A stretch of DNA of 64,000 bases from Verrucomicrobiota bacterium (GCA_016871575.1 VHCW01000003.1:36835-100834); one strand, 5' to 3'. Counted from the first letter of the stretch, positions 1-9,025 are shown. Numbers and translations: made by a program. Notes: a model not told the origin generated them from the letters alone.

Positions 1-1020
1 CGGGCGCCGGTAATAAATCGCTTCGAGGAACGCGTTGCCGAAACCTTCCCATGTGGACGGATAGGTGACGAGGTCGGAATGATGATAGACATCGGCCAGC
101 GAATACACCTTGCGCCCGTCCGCCGCCGTGCCGCGTTCGTTGCGGATGATGTTGGCGACAAACCGCACCGACACGCCGAGCCGCCGGGCGAACGAGAGCA
201 CGCGCTGCTCGTAGGCGTTGCCCTCGTCGCCGGTGGCGTGGGAAATGACCAGGCGCGCTTTCGGCCCGAGCCGGTCGGTCAGTTCGATGGCATGCTCGAT
301 TCCCTTGCGCTGGACGACGCGGGTCGGTTGCAACAGCAAAAACCCATGAGGAACCACTCCCAAAGCGCTCCGCACATCGGCGGCGTATTCATCGGGCGGC
401 GCCGGCGGCGTGTCGAAGTCCATGACGTTTGGGATCAGGTGGCTCATTTGCCCCGAGCGCAAGGCAAGCTGCGTGCCGGCGGAGGAGTTGATCACCACGT
501 GCCGGATGTGGTGGATGTTGGGCGGAAATGCGGCTTGCAGATAGTCCAGACCGCAGTTGACGAGAAACCGGTCGCGTTCCCAGTAAAAATCGTGATGATG
601 CGCGATGGTCGGGATGCCGCTCTCGGCGATGAATTCGGTCAGGGCCAGGCCGAGCGGGATGTTGAGCGGAATCGCCAGCGCGTTTTCCACGATCATCACC
701 TCGATGCCGAAATCATGGACAAACGCGCGGACGTCCTCCTTGAGCTTCGCCTTCAAGAGGTCCACTTTGCGCGTGATCTCGGGCGAACGATGCGGGTTGG
801 TGAACACATCGTTGTGGATCAATCCTATTTCCGGATGCAGAAAGAACGCTTCCGGCACCACCCGGCAGCGGTCCGCCGGCCGTTCGCAGACACCGGCAAA
901 GTAAAAACAGGTGTGACCCATCCGTTCCAGCACCGTCGCCCATTTCTCGGATTCGAGCGACACGCCGTCGGTCCCCTCAAACCGCGTCGAGACAAATCCG
1001 ATGCGCCGTGTCCGTTTCAT
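1..1020 (-). CDS. GT4-type glycosyltransferase, 3'-truncated by the window edge (N-terminus MKRTRRIGFVSTRFEGTDGV...)
   Basis: Own translation of the minus strand. ATG is at 1018-1020, 2 bp downstream of the GH13 gene stop. The C-terminal part carries the GT4 EX7E motif (TWEGFGNAFLEAIYY). It is not in the ORF track because it runs off the window. The + ORF 79..1050 is its antisense artefact. Confidence 0.6.
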   Translation of the reverse strand, partial: MKRTRRIGFVSTRFEGTDGVSLESEKWATVLERMGHTCFYFAGVCERPADRCRVVPEAFFLHPEIGLIHNDVFTNPHRSPEITRKVDLLKAKLKEDVRAFVHDFGIEVMIVENALAIPLNIPLGLALTEFIAESGIPTIAHHHDFYWERDRFLVNCGLDYLQAAFPPNIHHIRHVVINSSAGTQLALRSGQMSHLIPNVMDFDTPPAPPDEYAADVRSALGVVPHGFLLLQPTRVVQRKGIEHAIELTDRLGPKARLVISHATGDEGNAYEQRVLSFARRLGVSVRFVANIIRNERGTAADGRKVYSLADVYHHSDLVTYPSTWEGFGNAFLEAIYYRRP

Positions 1021-1022
1021 TT

Positions 1023-2612
1023 TCAGTTCGTCAGCCATAATGCCTCGTAAGCTTGCAGCAAAACTTCGCGCCTGTCCACTTGAACCCGCTGGCGCTCGCC
1101 GGACACGTTGTGCAGGCAGACCACGCTCTGCCGGCCATCCAGTGATGTGCGACGCAGCGCAAACACGGCGTCGCCGCAATCCAACACCTCTTGCGGCGCG
1201 CACGGATGGAACGCGGGCGAAGCGGCGCGACGGCGCAGCAACGCCCGGTACCCCTCGAATATCCGGCTGCGCTCCGCGCCGGGATCGGCCAACTCGCGCT
1301 CCAGTTCGGCGCGCGTGAACTTTTGACGGTTGATGGTCCGGTAGCGTCCCGTCTGCTTCACGCCCTCCGGCCAACCGCGCGAACCGAAGAGGCTGTGAAA
1401 ATAGATCCCCGGCAAACCGCGCAGCGCCAGCATGATCGCCTGCGCGCAGAGAAACGCGTCAGCGGTGCCCCCGATCGCGTCGAGGTAGTTCGCGTTCAGT
1501 TCGTAGGGGCCAGCGGAGCCGTGGGAGACGAGTTGGCCGCGCCACAACGCTTCGATCTCGGAGTCCGTCAGGATGCCGCGCGCGGGGGTCAGGCCGATGC
1601 CGTCGTGCGAGGCGAGGAAATTGAAGAACGTCACGTCAGGCAGCCCGGCGGCCCAGCGCGATAACGCCGCTGCGTTGCCGGTCCGAAGCGCGTGGAGCGT
1701 GAGCGGCGGCAACGGGAAATTATAGACGAGATGCGCCTCGTTCGTGCCGTCGCCGAAGTAGGAAATGTTGTCGCGGTGCGGGACGTTTGTCTCGGTGATG
1801 AGCATCACGCCCGGCGCAACGAGAGCGAGCACGGCGCGGATGAGTTGAACGATCCGGTGCGTCTGCGGCAGGTGAATGCACGAGGTGCCGATTTCCTTCC
1901 AGAGATAGGCGATGGCGTCGAGCCGGAGGAACTGCGCGCCGTTGGCGACGTAGAACAACAGGATATCGAGCATTTCCAGCAATACGTCCGGGTTGCGGTA
2001 GTTCAGGTCAATCTGGTCGGCGCTGAAGGTCGTCCAGACGTGACGGTTCCCGACGGGCGTCAGCACCGGCGAAGTGCGGGGTCGCACCACCTGCGAGAGA
2101 TCTGCGCGCGGATCGGCTTCGATAAAGTAGCCGGTGTAGGGCGGTTCGCCGCGCCGGTAGGCTTGGAACCATGCGCTCTGCGCCGAGATGTGGTTGATGA
2201 CGGCGTCGAGCATCAGCCGGCGGTTTGCGCCGAGCCGTTGCACGTCGCTCCACGTGCCGAGCGCCGGGTTGACCTGCCGGTAATCAATCACCGAAAAACC
2301 GTCATCGGACGAATACGGAAAATGCGGAAGCAGATGGACGCCGGTGATGATGTCAGCAGTGTGCTGGTCGAGGAATTCCGACAATGTCTGCAACGGCAGT
2401 TGTCCCGGCCCGGTCACGTGATCGCCGTAGGTGATGAGCAGGTTGTCGCGCTCCGTCAACGGCGTGACAGCGGCACGCAACGGTTTGTCGAGCTTCGGCG
2501 CCAGCCGTTCCCAGGTTGCCCGGCCCGGCTGTTCTCCATATAAGAACTGCAGGCACGCGAGAATGTCTTTGTCCGGTTGCATCTTGCCCGTGTATCCTGC
2601 GTGCTGCATCAC
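1023..2612 (-). CDS. GH13 sucrose-phosphorylase-like glycoside phosphorylase (GH13_18-type)
   Basis: 529-aa ORF with sucrose phosphorylase/amylosucrase-like motifs (LPHFPYSSDDGFSVIDY, RLDAIAYLWKE, FLASHDGIG). It sits upstream of the GT4 gene in the same orientation. Confidence 0.8.
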   Translation of the reverse strand: MMQHAGYTGKMQPDKDILACLQFLYGEQPGRATWERLAPKLDKPLRAAVTPLTERDNLLITYGDHVTGPGQLPLQTLSEFLDQHTADIITGVHLLPHFPYSSDDGFSVIDYRQVNPALGTWSDVQRLGANRRLMLDAVINHISAQSAWFQAYRRGEPPYTGYFIEADPRADLSQVVRPRTSPVLTPVGNRHVWTTFSADQIDLNYRNPDVLLEMLDILLFYVANGAQFLRLDAIAYLWKEIGTSCIHLPQTHRIVQLIRAVLALVAPGVMLITETNVPHRDNISYFGDGTNEAHLVYNFPLPPLTLHALRTGNAAALSRWAAGLPDVTFFNFLASHDGIGLTPARGILTDSEIEALWRGQLVSHGSAGPYELNANYLDAIGGTADAFLCAQAIMLALRGLPGIYFHSLFGSRGWPEGVKQTGRYRTINRQKFTRAELERELADPGAERSRIFEGYRALLRRRAASPAFHPCAPQEVLDCGDAVFALRRTSLDGRQSVVCLHNVSGERQRVQVDRREVLLQAYEALWLTN

Positions 2613-2618
2613 GGCAAA

Positions 2619-3044
2619 TCAAGCGGCTTGATTTGATTCGCGCGGCACCCGGGAGTGCAACTGGAACGAGACGTAGTGGGTGATCTTGCCGTTGTCGTCG
2701 CAGATCGGGCTGATGTTCCACGAGGCGAGATACGGTGTGCCGTCCTTGCGGTAGTTGATCGTCTGGCCGGTGAACGGTTCGCCGTTCTTGAGACACTCGG
2801 CGAGTTGACGGAGCAGCCCCTTGTCCGTCCGCGGCCCCTGCAAAATGCGCGGCGTCTGGCCAATCAATTCCTTCTCCGCATAGCCCGTGCTGGCGCAGAA
2901 GGCGCGGTTGGCAAATACAATCCGCGGTCCCGGCCGCTTCAGCCCGGCTTCGGTGATGATGATCGGGATGTTCGCCCCCTGCAACGCGCGTTCCATGGCG
3001 GCCAGTAAATTCATGTAGCTCGCAACTGGGTCAGTTGTTTTCAT
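2619..3044 (-). CDS. Short LOV-type PAS domain protein lacking the adduct-forming cysteine
   Basis: Aligns along its length to LOV domains such as YtvA (PRIVFANRAF..TGY..ELIGQTPRILQGPRTD ... NYRKDGT ... ITHYVSFQ). The canonical GxNCRFLQG is replaced by GQTPRILQG. The track start at 3053 is GTG, and the first ATG is at 3044. Confidence 0.7.
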   Translation of the reverse strand: MKTTDPVASYMNLLAAMERALQGANIPIIITEAGLKRPGPRIVFANRAFCASTGYAEKELIGQTPRILQGPRTDKGLLRQLAECLKNGEPFTGQTINYRKDGTPYLASWNISPICDDNGKITHYVSFQLHSRVPRESNQAA

Positions 3045-3080
3045 GCCGCCCACTATAGCATGTGCTAGAATCCTCCCGCA

Positions 3081-4517
3081 ATGGCCACTCCACTTATTTT
3101 ACTCACCGGCGCCACCGGCTACGTCGGCGGACGGCTGCTCACCGAATTGGTGACCGCCGGCTACCGGGTCCGCTGTCTGGCGCGACGACCGGAGAATCTG
3201 CGCCCGCGCGTGCCGGCTGGCGTGGAGGTGGTCGCGGGCGATTTGCTCGATGCAGCGTCGTTGCCGGCAGCCTTCGCCGGCGTGCAGGTGGCGTATTATC
3301 TGGTCCACTCGATGGGGTCGACCGGCAACTTCGAGGAGCAAGACCGTCAGGCGGCGCACAACTTCGGCGCAGCCGCCAAGATGGCCAGTGTGCAACGCAT
3401 CATCTACCTCGGCGGCCTCGGCGACGATTCGAGCCACCTTTCCGCGCATCTGCATAGCCGGCATGAAGTCGGCGCGGTGTTGCGCGCCTCCGGGGTGCCG
3501 GTCACCGAGTTTCGCGCGTCCATCATCATCGGGTCCGGCAGTTTGTCGTTCGAAATGATCCGCGCCTTGGTCGAGCGGTTGCCGGTGATGATCACGCCCC
3601 GCTGGGTGCGCGTGTTGGCGCAGCCGATCTTCGTCGGTGACGTGCTCGCGTATCTGGTGGCGGCGGCAACGAGCGGCGAAGATCGTATTTACGAAATCGG
3701 CGGCCCGGATGTTGTTTCGTATCAGGAATTGATGCGCGAGTACGCCCGGCAACGCGGCCTGCGCCGGTGGATGATTCCGGTGCCGGTGCTGACGCCGCGG
3801 CTGTCGAGTCTGTGGCTGGGACTGGTGACGCCGTTGTACGCCCGCATCGGCCGCAAGCTGATCGCCAGCATCCAACATCCGACGGTCGTGCGCGACGACG
3901 CAGCCCGACGCGCGTTTCCCATTGAGCCGGTCGGAATCCGTGAAGCGATCACGCGCGCACTGCGCAACGAGGACCGTGAATGCGCGCAGACGCGTTGGTC
4001 CGACGCCGTCAGCGCCGCCGGCACGGAACGACAATGGGGCGGCGTTCGCTTTGGTAACCGGCTCGTGGACACGCGCAGCGTGACCGTGCCGGCAACCGTG
4101 GCCGAGGCGTTCGCGCCCATCGAACGCATTGGCGGCGTGACTGGCTGGTATTATGCCGATTGGCTCTGGACGTTGCGTGGCGGGCTGGATTTGCTGGTCG
4201 GCGGCGTCGGAATGCGACGTGACCGACGGAATCCCGAATCGCTCGCAGTCGGCGACACGGTGGATTGCTGGCGTGTCGAGGCAATCGAGCCGGGGCGACG
4301 GCTACGCTTGGCTGCGGAGATGAAGTTGCCGGGCCGCGCGTGGCTGGAGTTTGTCGTCGAACCGGCCGGGACCGGCGCAGTGATTCGACAAACGGCCATC
4401 TTTGACCCGGTGGGTTTGTGGGGGTTGCTGTACTGGTATGCGGTCTGGCCGCTGCATCAACTGGTCTTTGCCGGCATGTTGCGGGCCATCAGCCGCGCGA
4501 GCCGGCAACGATTGTAA
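3081..4517 (+). CDS. NAD(P)H-binding SDR/NmrA-like protein fused to a DUF2867-like C-terminal domain
   Basis: N-terminal TGATGYVGG Rossmann motif. 478 aa. ATG is at 3081. Confidence 0.75.
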   Translation: MATPLILLTGATGYVGGRLLTELVTAGYRVRCLARRPENLRPRVPAGVEVVAGDLLDAASLPAAFAGVQVAYYLVHSMGSTGNFEEQDRQAAHNFGAAAKMASVQRIIYLGGLGDDSSHLSAHLHSRHEVGAVLRASGVPVTEFRASIIIGSGSLSFEMIRALVERLPVMITPRWVRVLAQPIFVGDVLAYLVAAATSGEDRIYEIGGPDVVSYQELMREYARQRGLRRWMIPVPVLTPRLSSLWLGLVTPLYARIGRKLIASIQHPTVVRDDAARRAFPIEPVGIREAITRALRNEDRECAQTRWSDAVSAAGTERQWGGVRFGNRLVDTRSVTVPATVAEAFAPIERIGGVTGWYYADWLWTLRGGLDLLVGGVGMRRDRRNPESLAVGDTVDCWRVEAIEPGRRLRLAAEMKLPGRAWLEFVVEPAGTGAVIRQTAIFDPVGLWGLLYWYAVWPLHQLVFAGMLRAISRASRQRL

Positions 4518-4927
4518 CGTTGCGCGAGGATGCACGGCAGATTCGCCGCGACCGCATAGGCGACGATGATCACATCGCCCCACCACGGATTCCATAGGAA
4601 AAACACCGGCGCGCAGCCGATGGCGCACCAGTGACACAACTCCCCGCGCCACGTCTCGCGAGCGAAACGCTGCCAGTAGTCCGCGCCCTTGCCGGTCACT
4701 TCTCCTTTTGCAAACCCGCCGGAAAACCACCGCGCCGCGTCGGGCAGGTAATCCTTCCAGCGTTTGATCGCGAAGACCTGCTCGTAAAACCGGCCACCGC
4801 GCTCCCACGAGCGGGCCGGGCCGGGATTGAACCACGCGACCGGCATCTTCGTGAACGCCCACGCCAGACCAAGCTGGATGAACAGCCAGCCGCCGACGTT
4901 GAGCGCGATGATGATCTCAATCCGCAC
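4457..4927 (-). CDS. crtO: Glycosyl-4,4'-diaponeurosporenoate acyltransferase (CrtO-like)
   Basis: 156-aa membrane protein with the CrtO C-terminal signature LAQRYNRCRL (S. aureus CrtO has IVQRYNRPRL). It lies immediately downstream of crtQ and overlaps it by 11 bp. It overlaps the convergent SDR gene's 3' end by about 60 bp. Confidence 0.65.
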   Translation of the reverse strand: MRIEIIIALNVGGWLFIQLGLAWAFTKMPVAWFNPGPARSWERGGRFYEQVFAIKRWKDYLPDAARWFSGGFAKGEVTGKGADYWQRFARETWRGELCHWCAIGCAPVFFLWNPWWGDVIIVAYAVAANLPCILAQRYNRCRLARLMARNMPAKTS

Positions 4928-5846
4928 GGATTTCCCGTCCTTTCCAAGTCACCTGTTTGCCCGACCGCAACGCCGACCGGGCGAACACCGCAAAGAAGAA
5001 GCAGAGCGGCACCGGGTACAACACTGCCGTGTACCACCGAAATGCGCCGACCCGCCGGCTGACCCAGCCGACATGCGCCGCGCACAGCGCGTACGCCACC
5101 GTCGCCCAGACCGTGAACGGCAACAACACCACCGGCAACATCAACCCAATCATCCACGCCACGATCAACAGCAACCGCAATTTCGGCGTCTGCCCAGCCC
5201 CCGACGCGAATCCTTTCGTCCATCCCTCGATTAACTCGCGCAGGCCGTTCGGGTACATGCGGAACGAAAACATCCCGCGCCCGCTCACGCTGCGCACGGG
5301 AATCCCAGCCGCGCGAAACAGTGACGCCAGAAAAAAGTTTTCCAAAATGCGTCCCTTCACCGCTTCGTGTCCGCCGACGCGCCGGTAATTTTCCCGGTCC
5401 ACCAGCAACATCTGCCCGAACAACCCGCCCGGCACCGTGCCCGCCGTCATCACCAGATTGAAGAACGCCGAAAGCTGTTCGTGAGGCTGCCGGACAGCGT
5501 GATACGGCCCGACCGACAACGCGCCGCCGGTATAGGTCGCGAGAATCTTCTCTAATCCATCCGCTTCGAACCACGTATCCGCGTCGAGGAACAACAACCG
5601 GTCACCGGTCGCTGCCTGCGCCCCCTGGTGACACGCCCAAGTTTTCCCGCGCCACCCGTCCGGCAACGGCTGCGATTGAATTACCCGTGCGCCGAGTTCC
5701 CGCGCCACCGCCGCCGTCCGGTCCGTCGAGCCGTCATCCACCACGATGACCTCTGCCGGCTTGTCGGACTGCGCGTTGATGGAGCGCAACAATACCGGGA
5801 GGTTCTGCTCCTCATTGCGCGCCGGGATGATGATCGTGGTTTCCAT
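4917..5846 (-). CDS. crtQ: 4,4'-diaponeurosporenoate glycosyltransferase (GT2, CrtQ-like)
   Basis: Start METTIIIPARNEE at aa 58 of track ORF 4917..6017. It shares many blocks with S. aureus CrtQ: IIIPARNEE, DDGSTD, LSVGPYH, FRMY, EGWTK, SGAG, TWKGR. Confidence 0.8.
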   Translation of the reverse strand: METTIIIPARNEEQNLPVLLRSINAQSDKPAEVIVVDDGSTDRTAAVARELGARVIQSQPLPDGWRGKTWACHQGAQAATGDRLLFLDADTWFEADGLEKILATYTGGALSVGPYHAVRQPHEQLSAFFNLVMTAGTVPGGLFGQMLLVDRENYRRVGGHEAVKGRILENFFLASLFRAAGIPVRSVSGRGMFSFRMYPNGLRELIEGWTKGFASGAGQTPKLRLLLIVAWMIGLMLPVVLLPFTVWATVAYALCAAHVGWVSRRVGAFRWYTAVLYPVPLCFFFAVFARSALRSGKQVTWKGREIRAD

Positions 5847-5889
5847 TGCCGTTCTCTTTCTACACCCTTGCTGCCCGCCGGGCAACCAC

Positions 5890-5918
5890 TTGAAGACAAT
5901 GCACGCTTCGGGTAAAAT
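5890..5918 (+). promoter_or_regulatory. Near-consensus sigma70-type promoter (TTGAAG-17 bp-TAAAAT) directly abutting the ATG at 5925, implying a leaderless or near-leaderless transcript
   Basis: The -35 TTGAAG is at 5890-5895 and the -10 TAAAAT at 5913-5918. The ATG of the downstream four-helix-bundle gene is at 5925. The AT-rich hexamers stand out in a ~65% GC background. Confidence 0.35.
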
Positions 5919-5924
5919 CAAACC

Positions 5925-6704
5925 ATGCCATCCGACCAATCCGACGGATCTGCCCGATCTTCTGCTGCAAAGCGCCTGCGCCCCAGTGGCGGCTACCGCA
6001 CACTGCACTCCTTCCAAGTGACCACGGTGATCTACGACGGCACAGTTTCATTCTGCGAACGCTTCGTGGACAAGCGTTCCCGGCTCGTGGATCAGATGAC
6101 GCAGGCCGCGCGGTCCGGGCGGCAGAACATCGCCGAGGGCAGCCGGGCGTCCGCGACTTCCAGCCAGACCGAACTGCGCCTGATCAACGTCGCCCGCGCC
6201 AGCCTCGACGAACTGCTGCTCGACTTCGAGGACTACCTCCGCCAACACGGCCTCCCGCAATGGGCCAAGGACAGCCCCGAAGCTCTCGCCGTCCGGCGCG
6301 TGGGCCAGCAATTGGCAAAATCTGATCAGTCGGATCAGTCTAATCCGCCCGATCAATCCGCTCTCTACCGGCCGTGGCTGGCGCACAAAGACCCCGCCGT
6401 GGTCGCCAACACCCTCATCTGTCTCATTCACCAAGCCAACTACCTGCTCGACCAACAAGTGCGCGCCCTGGAAAAGGAATTTGTCACCAAAGGCGGCTAC
6501 AGCGAACAACTCGCCGCCGCCCGCCTCGCTCACCGGTCTGCCAAAGATCGGCCTGCTCCGTCCTCTTCCCCTCCGTCCCCGCCACCCTGCCCGGTCTGTG
6601 GCAGCCTCATGGCCGTGCGCACCGCCAAGAAAGGCCCGCGTGCCGGCAACCAATTCTGGGGCTGCACCAAATATCCCGCCTGCAAAGGCACGAAGCCGGT
6701 CTGA
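5925..6704 (+). CDS. Four-helix-bundle protein (23S rRNA intervening-sequence protein family) fused to a C-terminal topoisomerase-type C4 zinc ribbon
   Basis: N-terminal YRTLHSFQ...NIAEGSRASATSSQTEL..ARASLDELLLDFEDYL resembles TIGR02436-type proteins. The C-terminal CPVCGSLMAVRTAKKGPRAGNQFWGCTKYPACKGT resembles the zf-C4 topoisomerase DNA-binding motif. A low-complexity S/P/D/Q linker joins them. Confidence 0.65.
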   Translation: MPSDQSDGSARSSAAKRLRPSGGYRTLHSFQVTTVIYDGTVSFCERFVDKRSRLVDQMTQAARSGRQNIAEGSRASATSSQTELRLINVARASLDELLLDFEDYLRQHGLPQWAKDSPEALAVRRVGQQLAKSDQSDQSNPPDQSALYRPWLAHKDPAVVANTLICLIHQANYLLDQQVRALEKEFVTKGGYSEQLAAARLAHRSAKDRPAPSSSPPSPPPCPVCGSLMAVRTAKKGPRAGNQFWGCTKYPACKGTKPV

Positions 6705-6804
6705 AACCGGTTGGAGCGGTCGCAAAGAGCCAAAACTGATTTGTCTACTCCGTCCGCTCCGTCCGATTCCCCGCCTTCGCGCTTGTCGCAAAACGGTGCG
6801 GGGG

Positions 6805-8370
6805 TTACTTACCGGCCTTGTCCCACGCCACCACCTTCTTGGCGACGTTCTGGCCGCAGAGGACGACCATCGGCATCCCGCCGCCGGGGTTGACGCTGCC
6901 GCCGACGAAAAACAGGTTCTCGTATTTCGTGCTCTGCTTCGGGGCTTTGAACGCGAGGTTCTTCCAGCGGTCGCTGACGACGCCGTAGATCGAGCCTTTG
7001 TTGGAAAAGTAGTTGGCGCGGATATCGAGCGGCGTCCAGATGTGCTCGTACACGGTGTGTTTGCGGAGGTCTTTGAGGCCCATCCGTTCGAGCTTGTCCA
7101 CGACGCGCTCTTTCAACGCGATGTAATCCTCGCGCTTCAACGGCTGCGCGTCGTTGATGTATGGGATGTGCGGCAGAATCTTGAGGCAATCGCAGCCCGG
7201 CGGGGCAACGGTCGGGTCGGTCTTCGACGCGGCGACGAGGTAGATGGTCGGGTCGGGCGGGAGTTGGTGTTTTTGAAACACCGTGCGGAAATGTTCGCGC
7301 TGGTGCTGTGAAAAAAAGAAATTGTGATGCACCAACTGCGGATACTTGCAGTCAAGCCCAAGGTCGAGCACCAGCCCGGAGCAGGCCGGTTCGAATTTCT
7401 TTTCGAGCTTGGCGACGAAAGCGGCGTCTTCCTTCAGCAGTTCCCGGTAAGCGGGAATGACTTCCATGTTGGAAACGACGATGTCAGCGGCATGGAACAC
7501 GCCATCCTTGGTCACGATGCCGGTGACTCGCTCGCCGCGTGAGGTCACGCGGCCTACAGTGCCCGATGCAACATGGCCAGATGTTGTAGGCCCGCTGACC
7601 CCAGCGGGCGTTGCCGTTGTGCGGATGCCGGCAATCTCACTGTTGAGTTGAACCTTAACACCGAGTTCCTCCATCAACCGCCGCAAACCGAGCGCGATCC
7701 CGTACAGCCCGCCATCCACGTACCAGAGGTCATACCGGAACTGAATCGTCGGCATGCAGTTCATGAACGCGGGCGCCCGGTACGCCGATGAGCCGACGTA
7801 CTTGATGAAATAATCGAAGATGTCCTGCATCTTCTGGGTCTTGAGAAACCGTTTCACTCCGCCGTGCATCGAGCGCAGCAGGTCGAACTGCGGAAATTTG
7901 CTCAAGCCGTAGAACTCGCGGAACTCAGCAGAGGTATCGAGTCCTTGCTGGAAGTAACCGGCGTCGCAGAGGTCGTAGAGCTTGGCGGAGTAATCGAGAA
8001 ACCGCTGAACGTTGGCCGGGTCTTCGCCGACCTTGCGCGCCTCGGCGGCCATCACGGCGGGATCGGGATCGAGGTCCACCACCGTGCCGTCCTCGAAAAA
8101 GTTCCGCCAATGCGGACGCAGCGTGCGAATCGGGATGTAGTCCTTCATCTTCTTGCCCGACCGCTCGAACAACCGCTCGAAGATGTGCGGCAGCGTCAGG
8201 ATGGACGGGCCGAGGTCAAACGTGTAGCCGCGTTCCTTGAGCACGTTGAGCTTGCCACCGATTTTGGAGTTCTTCTCATGAATCGTGACTTCGTAACCTT
8301 CCTGCCACAGCGAAATGGCCGCTGACAATCCGCCCAGCCCGGCCCCGATGACGATGATTTTCTTTTTCAT
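6805..8370 (-). CDS. Phytoene desaturase family protein (CrtI/CrtN/CrtP-like diapocarotenoid desaturase or oxidase)
   Basis: Start MKKKIIVIGAGLGGLSAAISL (FAD Rossmann) at aa 73 of the track ORF. The ATG at 8368-8370 was checked in the sequence. Context is carotenoid genes. Confidence 0.8.
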   Translation of the reverse strand: MKKKIIVIGAGLGGLSAAISLWQEGYEVTIHEKNSKIGGKLNVLKERGYTFDLGPSILTLPHIFERLFERSGKKMKDYIPIRTLRPHWRNFFEDGTVVDLDPDPAVMAAEARKVGEDPANVQRFLDYSAKLYDLCDAGYFQQGLDTSAEFREFYGLSKFPQFDLLRSMHGGVKRFLKTQKMQDIFDYFIKYVGSSAYRAPAFMNCMPTIQFRYDLWYVDGGLYGIALGLRRLMEELGVKVQLNSEIAGIRTTATPAGVSGPTTSGHVASGTVGRVTSRGERVTGIVTKDGVFHAADIVVSNMEVIPAYRELLKEDAAFVAKLEKKFEPACSGLVLDLGLDCKYPQLVHHNFFFSQHQREHFRTVFQKHQLPPDPTIYLVAASKTDPTVAPPGCDCLKILPHIPYINDAQPLKREDYIALKERVVDKLERMGLKDLRKHTVYEHIWTPLDIRANYFSNKGSIYGVVSDRWKNLAFKAPKQSTKYENLFFVGGSVNPGGGMPMVVLCGQNVAKKVVAWDKAGK

Positions 8371-8390
8371 TGTAAGCTCTCTGCACCTGA

Positions 8391-8798
8391 TCACGGAAAG
8401 GGATTGATGACTTTCACGCAGGCCTTCTTGAAATCGGCCTGATTGCGGGTCACGACACTCAGGCCATGGACCAGTGCGGTCGCCGCAATCAGGCTGTCTT
8501 TGATCGGCATCGCCTGACCTTGCCGGCGCAAATCGGCCAGCAGTTGCGCCCAACGCAACCCGCACGCGGCATCCCACGGCACACAAACAATTCGGGCGAC
8601 GCCCTCCCGGAACCAGCGATCCAATTGCTGACGGCGTTTCCCTGCGGGGAGCAGATGAATGCCAAACCGAATCTCGCCGAGGATGATCGGGTCAACCGCA
8701 ATCTCGCGTTCATTCGTGCGCAACCATTCAATCACGGCGGGTTCCGGCGCGGGTTTGGTCGGCTCGCTCAGCACATTGGCGTCAACGAGGTAATTCAC
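8391..8798 (-). CDS. vapC: Type II toxin VapC (PIN domain)
   Basis: 135 aa starting MNYLVDANVLSE, with PIN acidic residues. It overlaps the upstream antitoxin gene by 4 bp. Its stop is 20 bp before the desaturase ATG. Confidence 0.8.
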   Translation of the reverse strand: MNYLVDANVLSEPTKPAPEPAVIEWLRTNEREIAVDPIILGEIRFGIHLLPAGKRRQQLDRWFREGVARIVCVPWDAACGLRWAQLLADLRRQGQAMPIKDSLIAATALVHGLSVVTRNQADFKKACVKVINPFP

Positions 8799-9025
8799 AG
8801 GCTATCCGTGGATTCGGATTCAATCGGGACGAAGAACCCCTTTTGCGGACAGGCCAACAACCAATCCACCAGCCCTTCATTGGGACGCGGCTGCCGGCGG
8901 ACGAGCCGGTACTCGCCCCGGTCGATGCGCTCAACCTCGAACTCCTGACCCGCCTCGATCCCGTCCTGCTGTCGAATCTTGGCGGGCAAGATGATCTGTC
9001 CTTTCGTGGAAACCATGGTTGTCAT
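8795..9025 (-). CDS. vapB: AbrB/MazE/SpoVT-type antitoxin (VapB)
   Basis: 76 aa with MTTMVSTKGQIILPAKIRQ, typical of the swapped-hairpin antitoxin family. It sits upstream of vapC and overlaps it. Confidence 0.7.
   Translation of the reverse strand: MTTMVSTKGQIILPAKIRQQDGIEAGQEFEVERIDRGEYRLVRRQPRPNEGLVDWLLACPQKGFFVPIESESTDSL

Noticed and set aside
79-1050. 323-aa + strand ORF
   Set aside because: Antisense to the GT4 glycosyltransferase gene, whose minus-strand translation has clear GT4 motifs. The composition is the typical high-GC antisense artefact.
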